45,124 nt of DNA, taken from Octopus bimaculoides (taxonomy: Eukaryota). The stretch spans positions 39,995,984 through 40,041,107 of the forward strand of contig NC_069001.1 of NCBI RefSeq assembly GCF_001194135.2, read 5' to 3'. The notes under the pieces were generated by a model that was given only the letters and a program-made list of their open reading frames with translations, was not told where the DNA came from and did no database searches. The position numbers and the translations under genes are program-made. Of this stretch, positions 1 through 11,500 are shown piece after piece. Each line of letters opens with the position of its first letter. The first letter of the stretch is position 1.

Positions 1-66
<66 letters not shown>

Positions 67-142
67 ATATGTATGTATGTATGTATGAATGGATGGCTGG
101 ACAGATGGATGAATGGGTGTATATATATATATATATATATAT
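1..142. repeat. Compound microsatellite (AT)n(AG)n(GT)n(GTAT)n
   Basis: Directly visible; many similar tracts occur across the window. Confidence 0.95.
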
Positions 143-563
143 GACATAGGAATAGGTATGTAAATCAGCTCTATTACAATTATATAATGCTAAGCTAATA
201 TGCAGATACACATGCACACACACACATACACACTTATACTCACATGCACACATACACACTCAAACACATTTATAAAGAAGTTTGTGTCTATATATTTTAC
301 ATTAGATGCATTAAATAAAAATGAATACAAATGGCCATATATTCTACCCTTTCGGAGCGCATCAAACAATTTCATAATTACAGTTGTAACTAAAAATGCA
401 GAAATATAACGTTTGAAAATGAACGAATTTCAAAAAGGATGAAATCCATTGCAGATAACTTATTAATAGCATGGTTTCTCTCTATAGATAATCGCCCAAA
501 ATATCAATTTATCAATTCATATTAGATGCTTATTCTTTTATTATTTCCTTAATTCTTTTTTAG

Positions 564-707
564 ATGAATGTCCTTGCAAAGGCTGCAAGATTTATGGTCA
601 ATGCGTCTGCAGTAGGACACTTTGGATTTCCAATCTACTCGAGATTTGTTCAATTAAAATGTGTTTGTGGTTCAATGATAGATGGAATGTAGTCGGTTCA
701 CACATTG
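564..707 (+). CDS. Penultimate coding exon of an unidentified Cys-rich protein (gene starts upstream of the window)
   Basis: Acceptor ttctttttttag, donor G|gtaagc, 144 nt, phase 1-1, open: (D)ECPCKGCKIYGQCVCSRTLWISNLLEICSIKMCLWFNDRWNVVGSHI. Confidence 0.6.
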
Positions 708-899
708 GTAAGCGCTGGAATATTGTCGTCAGCGATTAATATTTTGTAATATTTCTATCATAATGACAAATTCACGTATTTTGAGGGAGAGTAAACTCAG
801 TTAAATCAAGTCCATTACTCGACTAATTTTCTACAAAACATGTGACATTCTCATTGTGATAGAATTGAATTATTTTGAAATATTTGCGGCTTTGTTGTT

Positions 900-1270
900 T
901 TCATGGGTTTATTGCTTGGTCTGTATCAGCATTTTGACTTTGACGTATATACTGTCCATGCAGAGGCTTCTATCTCCACTGCTCCTCAGCTTGTTTTACC
1001 CCTTTCTTTTTTGCAATCTGTTTGATCCGTTTTGCCTGTTTGGTGGCAGTAGTTTCAGGTTTTTCATCTAATTCAGGGTTAATGCCAAGTTCCCTTGACA
1101 TTAGAATGTGATATTTTGCTGCTTTCATGTTTGTACACAAGCCACAGCATCCAGTCCTCTGTACCTGTTCATTGCTATTGTGGAGATCTTATAGCACAGT
1201 TCTACCTGCATCATTCCTCTTCCCCAATTACTTATAGGTAGGTACAGACGATCTATGTCTGCTTTTGGAT
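900..1270 (-). mobile_element. R4/Dong-like non-LTR retrotransposon fragment (degraded)
   Basis: Minus translations KADIDRLYLPISNWGRGMMQVELCYK and EQWR*KPLHGQYIRQ match motifs recalled for this clade (ADxDRLYLP..GRG; KPLHGQY); internal stops. Confidence 0.7.
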
Positions 1271-2180
1271 GGTCATGTTCTTAGATGTTAGTTTTCTTGT
1301 CTTCCTGTCCAGTGAGAGAGCAGTGCATGCTATCAAAATGACACATGGCAAAATATACGAAGCCCAATATACCCATCATGCCTACCCGTCTGATAAGAGT
1401 ACACATGCATCACAACTATATATGTGCGAAATGGTGATCTCATATCAAGATAAACACTACATGACCTTGCAGGTGGGGGCCCAGTTAGAATTGTCTTCAC
1501 ATCATGTAGCTCATCCCACTCAAAAGGTCACTGAATAAGGGATGTTGAACGAAATGTTCAACCAATGTTTCCAGAGGGGAATTATTCAAACCCCAAAGAA
1601 TTCCTCTCAACACATAATTATGATGCTCCCCCACTACTTCTGCTCGTGATCAGAGATGCACATTTTGTCAGCCACTAAGGGACATTCTCAATTGGTTAGG
1701 GTCAAACAACTGACAAACAAATCTGTGGTATTGAGCAGAATATTTGCTGTAGCCCATCTTTTATATATTATTATCATTATCTTCAGGCCTTGTGCCAATA
1801 GTAGAAAGGGTTATTGCTATTATTATTATTATTAGTAGTAGTAGTAGTAGTAGCAGCAGCATTAACTCTGTAAGCTAGCAGAATTGTTTCCCCACCGAGG
1901 AAAACGTTTAGCGGTCTTTCATCCTGAGCTCAAATTCCACAAAGTTCGGCTTTGCCTTTCAGCCCTCACTGTCGTTGAAATAAGTATCAGTTGAATAATG
2001 GAGTTGATGTGAGCCTTACATTTTATCTGGTGGGTGGAGGTCAATAAAATAAAGAACCAGTTTAATATTGGGGTCGAATAAATGACTTTCTGCTCCACGA
2101 AAGAAAACTAGGGATCTTCTACCTCAGTTAAAAAATATTGTTTTATAACATTTCTGTATTTACGTTATTTTTCTTTTTAG

Positions 2181-2254
2181 ATTGTGATAGCGTACCAACG
2201 GTATTCAGACAGCGAAACTATGTTATCGGTGGAACAATACCTTGTGTATTTTAA
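2181..2254 (+). CDS. Last coding exon of the same Cys-rich protein
   Basis: Acceptor ttttctttttag; phase 1 matches the 564-707 exon; (D)CDSVPTVFRQRNYVIGGTIPCVF*; AATAAA about 55 nt after the stop. Confidence 0.55.
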
Positions 2255-2502
2255 TAATTATTCTATGATTATTTTACTACATGTGGATGCAAAACCGAAT
2301 GTATATTAAATAAAACATTGACGAAACACATTTCTTTATTATTTTATGAGTTGCAAATTGTAATCACAGGTATACATGCACACACACACCCATGTATGCA
2401 TACTTATATTTATATAAGCTTACGAGGGTTTGAACATTTTATCTTTCTCCCAACCTCACTTGTGTCATGTAGTTTGTGGAAAGGAAAAATTAGAAACATT
2501 TT

Positions 2503-2730
2503 CTAACCACATGTTTCTATATGTTTGCTCAATGGAATTTGGTGAACATTAGTGTTCTGGATTTGTTGTCTGTGGACTCGTGAGCATTCCGATAATGTGT
2601 TCCCCGTCTTGCCAATATAAAGTTCCTCGCAATTAGGGCATTTAATGCAGTAGATAAAATTTCTGTCCATTTTTCGTTCTAATGGATCTTCCTGTATGCA
2701 GGTATTGACACATTCCACATCTGTTATCAT
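2503..2730 (-). mobile_element. Penelope-like element GIY-YIG endonuclease fragment
   Basis: NFIYCIKCPNCEELYIGKTGNTLSECSRVHRQQI = IY-CxxC-YIG-T...H pattern of PLE endonucleases. Confidence 0.8.
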
Positions 2731-3062
2731 AACACTTGGATACTGTGAATGTGTTGACTCGTTTGTTCATATTGAATTTTGCCTTTTGCTTAAGATAAGC
2801 GTTTGATTAGTTATTATGGTGCAAAGCTGTATCGGCCTTTGCCTATCCTTTAGATAACATCAGTGGCATGGGGAGGGGAGGCTGGTATGCATGGTCAATT
2901 GCTGGTCTTCCGTAAACAACCTTACCTGGACTTGTGTCTCGGTGGGAAGCTTTCTAGGTGCACTCCTATGGTCATTCATGACTGAAGGAGTCTTGTTTGT
3001 GTGTGTGTGTGTAATATATATATATATATATCAAAATAAGCAACACGGATTTTAAAGATGAT

Positions 3063-3150
3063 TGCAGTACGCACGTTTCATGCTACTCCATTTATTTAAG
3101 TAATGCGAGCATTACATTAAATGCAATATGTAGAGCAATCTTCAGCTGCA
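3063..3150 (-). ncRNA. Candidate type I hammerhead ribozyme (possibly degenerate)
   Basis: Minus strand UGCAG-CUGAAGA-[extended hairpin]-GAAA-CGUGCGUA-CUGCA: 5-bp helix I, core motifs, self-complementary helix III ACGUGCGU, GUA cleavage triplet; first helix II pair is a U.U mismatch. Confidence 0.5.
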
Positions 3151-3570
3151 CGAAAATGCAGAAAATGCAAGTAGGAGGAAGAATACATAAAAATCCATCT
3201 TGACATAGCCAAGTCTATCAAGCTAGTATATATATATATATATATATATATATNNNNNNNNNNNNNNNNNNNNNNNNNNNNNNNNNNNNNNNNNNNNNNN
3301 NNNNNNNNNNNNNNNNNNNNNNNNNNNNNNNNNNNNNNNNNNNNNNNNNNNNNNNNNNNNNNNNNNNNNNNNNNNNNNNNNNNNNNNNNNNNNNNNNNNN
3401 NNNNNNNNNNNNNNNNNNNNNNNNNNNNNNNNNNNNNNNNNNNNNNNNNNNNNNNNNNNNNNNNNNNNNNNNNNNNNNNNNNNNNNNNNNNNNNNNNNNN
3501 NNNNNNNNNNNNNNNNNNNNNNNNNNNNNNNNNNNNNNNNNNNNNNNNNNNNNNNNNNNNNNNNNNNNNN

Positions 3571-3615
<45 letters not shown>

Positions 3616-3618
3616 TTA

Positions 3619-3864
3619 CAAATGTCAATCCATTACGGTCGTTTCTAACAACTCCTATAATTGATTAACGAAAATGAAATAGTAGCAGAGTCACTGTAAA
3701 TGATTTTGCCCTGTGGATTTTAAACTATGTTGAGTCATTCTTATTGTCCTCTATTTTGAAGTTCATGAATTCATCTGACAGAAACGGTTTCTTTACAATG
3801 ATGTAATGTTTTCATTAATTAATTAAAGGAGTTGTTAAAAACGACCGTAATTGATTGACACCTG
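3619..3864. mobile_element. Tc1/mariner-type MITE
   Basis: About 55-bp imperfect TIRs (caaatgtcaatccattacggtcgtttctaacaactcct / aggagttgttaaaaacgaccgtaattgattgacacctg) flanked by TA on both sides. Confidence 0.7.
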
Positions 3865-4322
3865 TACCTCTTTGTTACTCATTTATATTTTATTCACCTG
3901 TCTCAGAATCTGCCCTTGGACAGTATTTTTAATATAAAATACATGTCTGAAGAGCTAAGACCGGATTTCTTCACTTCGCTCGGTCTAATTATCTACATAC
4001 ACTGCAACAATATCATTCACCCGGTACTTATCTACCAAGTTTGATACTTACTTAATATTGTTGTGTGTATATATAATTCCGACCTAACGAGGTGCTTCAA
4101 TTTAAGTACCTAATTCAACTGAATCTTACCTATATCTATATGTAAAGAAAAGGGAGGTAGTCAAGTTTTTTATGAATATTTATCTAGCGTTTTAGTCCTT
4201 TTGAGGCATTCATCAAGAATAATTGGGTTTTTAAAGAAAATTCATGTTTTATAAATACGTGAGTTAGTTAAAAAAAAATCTGAAGGCTGAGCTTGTTTTC
4301 TAGGGTTTTGGGAAGATACACA

Positions 4323-4382
4323 CACACTCACATGTATATGTACACTCACATGTATATGTACACTCACATGTATATGTACACA
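4323..4382. repeat. 18-bp minisatellite (acactcacatgtatatgt)x3 followed by CA/TG microsatellite
   Basis: Directly visible tandem units. Confidence 0.85.
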
Positions 4383-4906
4383 CACATACACATATATGTG
4401 TGTGAGTGTGTGTGTGTGTATGTGTGTGTATATGAGTGTGTATAGCAACCAAATCTTCCTCACATCACATTGTCATCTTAAAAAATGGAAAGGACATATT
4501 CAATATTCAAGTCTTTGAAATATGAAAAGATGGCATGATTGTGACTGGAATATTAATCTTAAGATTTTAGGCCTCTGCGATGAAGGCTAACCTGAATTTA
4601 AACAACAGCAACAACAAAATTGTTGTGTGGAAGTAAAACACCCCTATTGGTTGGCTTCTAATGGACTGTGCCACAATATAAATGGACATACACAGAGAGT
4701 GGTGTAGAGTAATATAAAGCTGAGAGTTGCATATTGTCAAGGGTTATTACCAGAATCTTGAGTAGAACAATTTGCAAGGATATTATCATTATCCCGTGAT
4801 ATCGTACGTTGAACGTGCGATACAACAAAAATAATATGAATAAAACAACTGATAAAATAACAGTCAATGTTAAAAAGGTATTCTTTTCTTTGAAAAAAAA
4901 ATATTC

Positions 4907-5056
4907 TCATATAATAAGATTTTGTGAAAGAATTGATTCATGAAATGTGGCCGTGTTTGTTTCAGTATTATCTCTCTGCTGGATACCGACTGAGTCGCAA
5001 AACTGCTTAAAGTGGGTGTGTTCTAATTGCTTCATAACATTGTTGAGAGCATATAT
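4907..5056 (-). CDS. Candidate last coding exon of the unidentified gene
   Basis: Acceptor tttattgccttccag, phase 0, IYALNNVMKQLEHTHFKQFCDSVGIQQRDNTETNTATFHESILSQNLII*. Confidence 0.5.
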   Translation of the reverse strand: MYALNNVMKQLEHTHFKQFCDSVGIQQRDNTETNTATFHESILSQNLII

Positions 5057-5183
5057 CTGGAAGGCAATAAATAATATTGTTAAGTTAGTGCTAACATATT
5101 CAACGTAGGAAAGACATATGCAAACAAACATAAAAACAAATGTAAACAGATAGACAGGCATACAGATAGATAGATAAGTAGAC

Positions 5184-5228
<45 letters not shown>

Positions 5229-8094
5229 GATTAATATATAGGAAGGTTAGTGTAAGCATTTAATTCTGGGAATATTAACTAGCTAATTAGAAATAAAGAC
5301 CATAATTACATTGCAAAACTGCACTCAGAGCTCCTTTTATGTGGTTAGCTTCTCTCCCCTGCTATGCTGATGATACAAATTTATCTAAAGCAAACAAGAA
5401 CCCTGAAGATATCTCAGTAGTATGATTAAGTAATGAGTTTGATAGAGGTGCCCTTCTTATGATTCTTGCCATGATGTGGGTTCATCTCATATATCAGATA
5501 GAAATTTGTTTATACCTCATAGGTTTCTGAGGCCTTTTGGCAATGTATTGGAAAGTTGCAGATTTTTGGACACTAAGTTGTGTTGGGAACTTACTCTGGG
5601 CAGAGACGACAGGATTTTTGATATTATGCAGTGACATTCAGTCCAGTGATTGGTATGGATTTCAATTTCAAAGTTGGTAGCTAGATCTCCTCGGATTCCA
5701 GCCAACTTGTATATCCAGAAACAGGATCAGGAATCGAGTCTAAAATAGCGCTGCCCTGACATGACCACAGCCTCTGGCTGAAACTAATAATAGAATATAT
5801 ATACATATGGGAAGACATTTGCTCAAGGTACAGGTACGAGGACTTGAAATCACTTGTTTGGGAAGCCAACACACACACATATACGAGGTATGAGTGTGCG
5901 TGTGTGATTACATTATTGAATGTTTCTTTCATTTTTAAGACCATAGAGATAGAATTGAGAGATATTGGGCTACTATTACTTGACTCCCTCGTTGGCTCAT
6001 GTATGCATAAACTTACCTCGTGGCGTTGTTTATTTTTCATTTCTTCATCTTTTTGTTTTTGAAGTAACTTCTCTCGTCTTAATTCATGTTTCATCTTCTT
6101 TTGTTTAAAGATAGTATCTCTCCAAGAATTTCCCAAAGTCTGAAATTCAGAAAAATGAAATATTTATGAATTTCACTTGCTAGCCCTTCTTTATACTAAT
6201 TGTGTGTGTGTTTGTGCACGTGTAGATATAGATAAAGAGATATAGGCCTATATAGATAGATAACTATATGTGTTGGAAACTTATGAAAGAATAAAAAAAT
6301 ATATGCATATAAATGTAAGTGTATGTATGTGTGTGCACATGTTTGTACGTATGTTTGTAGTTGTATGTGTGTGCATAAATGGAAAAAGTTGATAGTTATT
6401 TTGAAGTTTATCAGTAAGAAAATCCGGCTTAGACTGAAAAATTCATTAGTCAGGTACTTTTTATACACTTGTCCCACTAATGGATAGCGAGTTCAATATT
6501 GGTGTGGTTTACAAAGTTGTGATTTTTTAAGGAAAGAAAGGAAGTATTGAGGAATATAAGACTGAAAACATTTTAATGAAGAGCAGATGAACAAGAAAAA
6601 GATTTCAAATCACACACAGCCAATGCTTAAATGTTTGAATTGATTATGATGTGGTTGTTGATGATGATGATGATGAGGAGGAGGAGGAGGAGGAGGGATA
6701 TATATATATATATATATATATAGACAAAAGACACAAACACACACATACAGAAAGTGAGATAGGTACCTCTTGATGCTTATTTTTCGTTTCTTCGTCTTTT
6801 TGTTTATGATGCAATTTCTCTCGTCTTAGTTCATGTTTTATCTTCTTCTGTTGCTTTGAGACATTATCTCTCCGTACATTATCCATACACTGAAATTCAA
6901 AAACAATGGACATTTACCCTTTTCCTCAAATAAAACAACTACATGAGTTTAGAATATGCAAAATATACAGTAGAAACCACTTCAGAGATTAGGTTTATGC
7001 TGATGATGGATGCTGGCATTTGTTGCTGCAATTGGAGACACTGGTGTTCAAGGTGGTTGGTGTAGCTGATAGTATAAAGGCGTCCTACAAATTTAACCGT
7101 CATTACCAAAGTATAGAATGGGTGCCAAAAGAACGTTAGTCATCATTTTGCTGCGTGAAATTTGGGAGCAATCCCAGCCAATGAAATTATTTTCAAATTT
7201 ATTTACATTATTGTTTCTATTGAATAAAAGTGATTTTCAGGAGATTATTAAGACATCTCTTGTATGATAATAGATATAAATAAGAAACCTACAAGTAAAA
7301 ATATTGAAGTGATGATAATTTGACCAAAAGACAAGACAAAGGGAAGAGAGGTGAAATATCTAATCTCACCCATATATACATGTCCACTAACACACACAAA
7401 CATATGTATTTATATATATATAATCCTAATATAAAGACAAGGAAATCCGTTAACACATATTTAATGATTCATTACAATTGTTTCTGTACCAACTCTGCTT
7501 GCAAAACCAGTTTGCACAATGTTCGAAGTGACTATTTACGTAATGTTTGTGGTTTTAGAGATATGAGTGGTATTTCTGATGAAGTGCCACCTCTAAAGTC
7601 TAAAACTGCAAACATTACGTAAATTTTCACTTTGAATATTGCGTAAACGGGTGTTGCAAGCCAGAGTTGGTACAGAAACAATTGTAGCGAATCATTAGAT
7701 ATGCATTAAAGGATTTCTTTGTCTTATTATTTGGACAATAGTTTACTCTTCGCTACACCCACACAGTGGTTTTACCATAGTGAAAGCTGGATTTTTTACA
7801 CTTGATGAATTTCAGTATTAGTCTGGAATCCGACAGTGTTGATGGCCCAGAACTTGGGTTGTGTGCTTTCCTGGAAATACCCTATCTTTATACTCTACCA
7901 GGACCTAAGATATGTATATACATACATATATATATAATTCCACATTGTTCTTCCTTCTCCCCACCCCAACCAACCTCCCACACTGTCCCCTAAAATAGCA
8001 AACATTCCTTAGCTACACACAAGACAGAAAAAATGCCAAAAAGACTGGTTGGTTCGTCTCCAATGTTTTGTAAATTCTTAAATATATCTCCTTC

Positions 8095-8137
<43 letters not shown>

Positions 8138-8526
8138 TAGTATATTGTCACTTAAGTGTGGCTGACCCCTAGGGGTGGATGTTACTGTTGCTTTTAGCCC
8201 CAGGAGGACATCTCGTCCAGCTGGCTTATTGACACACCACTGTGTCCTGTTTGCCAAGGGAAGTTATCCCTCTCACCATGATCTGTAGCACGAACGGATC
8301 CGGATTTCAGGGTTATTTCCCTTCGTCGGCGTTCGACAGCCGCTGACCTTGGTGAGAGAGACAAAATCCTGGCAATCTTATATCTACTTNNNNNNNNNNN
8401 NNNNNNNNNNNNNNNNNNNNNNNNNNNNNNNNNNNNNNNNNNNNNNNNNNNNNNNNNNNNNNNNNNNNNNNNNNNNNNNNNNNNNNNNNNNNNNNNNNNN
8501 NNNNNNNNCTTAAATATATCTCCTTC

Positions 8527-8560
<34 letters not shown>

Positions 8561-11500
8561 GTGTAGTATATTGTCACTTAAGTGTGGCTGACCCCTAGGG
8601 GTGGATGTTACTGTTGCTTTTAGCCCCAGGAGGACATCTCGTCCAGCTGGCTTATTGACACACCACTGTGTCCTGTTTGCCAAGGGAAGTTATCCCTCTC
8701 ACCATGATCTGTAGCACGAACGGATCCGGATTTCAGGGTTATTTCCCTTCGTCGGCGTTCGACAGCCACATGGTGAGAGGGATAACTTCCCTTGGCAAAC
8801 AGGACACAGTCGTGTGTCGATAAGCCAGCTGGAGGAGATGTCCTCCTGGGGCTAAAAGCAACAGTAACATCCACCCCTAGGGGTCAGCCACACTTAAGTG
8901 GCAATATACTACACTTTATCGTGCAGTTACTGTTAATACTTCATTTAGAGAATTAACATTGCTTATATACATATATATATACATATACCAAACAAACATG
9001 ATTTTCATTGAACTCCTAATACTTTTTGTTGAATACTTTCTTGTAAACTGTTTTTAACATTTCTTATCATTATCAAAGAATGTATATATATATTTTAATA
9101 CTTTTGTGACAACCAGTACTTAACACAACAAAGTTTATACATTTTACTTTTGACACATCCTCCATATTCGTTCAACCCTGCATCTTCAGGTTTCCACCTG
9201 TTTCGGTCTCTTCAAATTCATTGAATGAACTGATCTTCAACTCTGAATACGATGTAAAAATTTCACCTGGAAGAGTTTTCCACCAGTAAAGGTTGAAATT
9301 CTTTGAGTAAGGACTAATGGATCTGTCCACAAGACAACAAAGAATACTGGGATGAAATAGTAATTATATAATTGACTAAATAAATAGCTTTGTGTTTAAA
9401 ACTAGTGTTTTATTTTTACTTAACAAAAAAGGATATTTTGGCCAATCCAATAGACAGATAGACAGATAGATAGATAGTTTAGAATAGATGGAGCAGGTAG
9501 AGTGAAGCAGTATTATATGTTAGAAGCCAAATTTTCCTTAAACCATATACTACTGTCTTAAAAATGTCACCATATTGAATAAAATACAATTAGGTGACGA
9601 GTGGAATGTCTTTGGTTATAGATCTTCATCAGAACTGACTTAAGATTAAACACCACCACTAACAACAACAACAACAACAATAGCAATCACATCAACTATA
9701 CAAATTCTTCGTAAAAGAATAAGTCGATACAAGTAATTTGTAGTTGAGTAACTTACTGTTTCATAAGTCTTTGGCTGTTTAACTGTTGATGAACGCTTTT
9801 CGAAATTTTTTTCACGTTTGTTCACAAGTTTTATCTTCTGAGAAAATGGTTCATCAGTCACTGAACTTCTGAAGAAATTCTATCAAAAAGACAATAAAAA
9901 GGAAACAATTTCACATATTAATCTCTGCCTCCATATATCTGACTTCCATGAAATTTTGAGAAACAAGTGTGCTGTAAGTTCTTTTTTAATATTCCCTGCA
10001 TTGGAAAGCGGCAAGCAACATTAGCACGCCGGACGAAATGCTTAGCTGTATTTCGTCTGTCTTTACATTCTGCGTTCAAGTTCCACCGAGGTCGACTTTG
10101 CCTTTCTTCCTTTCGGGCTCAATAAATTAAGTACCAGTTGCGTACTGGAGTCAATCTAATCAACTGGCCCCTTCCTTCAAAATTTCGGGCTTTGTGCCTT
10201 GAGTAGAAAAGAATATTCCCTGCATTGAGAATGTCAGCACTAACTCAACTATTGTTTTGTATGTGTATGGTGTTTCTGCGATATTTATTCTCTAAGCAAT
10301 TTGATATTCTGTACCAACCGGTGCGTATTCTTGCACATTAACTTGGTGAATCATTCAACACCACTTTGGCAAGTAAGTCTTGAGGTAAAATATACTGAAG
10401 TATGTTCGGGATTATCTCCAGTACTTTCTCAAACGCTTAAGATAAATTGAGTTCAAAGCCAATATCTTTGCAAGTATTTTGCTAGTCTGTACCTAATGGC
10501 TTTCATAGCTCAAGTTGATATGGTTGTTTGACATGCTATAGGTCTTAGAATATACCATCATGATTCCTGCAATTTCTAGCACAGTAAATTACAGGTGTGA
10601 TATCTTTGAATTTGTTTCAAAAAGAGAGATGAAGACTATGATAGAATAGTGAAAATATATTTACTGAACAAGCAAATACTATTATGTGTATAAAGAAGAA
10701 AGGAAAATTATACGTAATATTCTGGGAAAATTACTCAGAATTGGGAATCAAATTTGTAAATATTGTTTAGCAACTAGCAGAAAATGTATCCTTTCTGTTT
10801 GCGTTCACTTTTTGAAATTTTAAAATTAAGTGAAAATTTTCAAATTTAATGTGATTTTTCACTCTGAATCTGATGTTGTTATTTGCTTGTTCCAGAAAAA
10901 GTTTAGAAATATGTTACAGACGTTTAAAGTACCATATAGTAGTGAGGGTGCATGGCCTAGTGGTTAGTGTGTTGCACTCACGATTGTGAGAACGTGGTTT
11001 TAATTCCTGAACCAGGGGTGGGGTTCCGTAACTAATACTGCTGTGGATCTTATTCATTTCATCTGTCTTTGTTGCGGGCGAGAATGTCGAAATTGTTGAC
11101 TGCCTAACTTACTTTGTAATGTGATCCAAAGCAACAAGGACATAATTTATATTAAATTACTCTTTTCATTTAAAGCTTTGAAAAAGTTATTTCAGGAATT
11201 TTTAGAGATTTTATCAGTGGGCGTTATATATTTAAGTGAAAGTAAAAAGGGCTTTTACTCTGCTTCTCTACTTTATATCGACCAACAAGAAATAGCGAAA
11301 ACAACCTCAGCAGTACCTCAGTTTGCTCAAAGACAAAATACCCGAAAGCAATGAAAGAGATTGATATTGATGCTTATACTCACCGAATATGTTTTCTTGC
11401 AATTTGAGATATTAGTACTTGGTACGGTAACTGGAAATATATATAAGATGTTTAACACAGTCTTCAATGATAATGGTGGTAGTGGTAGTGGGGGTGGCAG

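Noticed and set aside
190-409. HT/CV-rich ORFs (also 4242-4463, 35765-36275)
   Set aside because: Translations of CA/TG microsatellites and SINE sequence
564-692. Alternative frame MNVLAKAARF...
   Set aside because: Stops before the donor and its ATG directly follows the acceptor AG; the Cys-rich frame is open and joins the next exon
3898-3954. Candidate minus-strand exon LFRHVFYIKNTVQGQILRQ
   Set aside because: Splice sites are plausible but it lies beyond the predicted stop and cannot be linked to any gene
4747-4790. Possible SECIS (AUGA...AAA) in the putative 3' UTR of the TGA-containing gene
   Set aside because: Helix II pairs poorly and the 3' GA of the non-canonical quartet is missing
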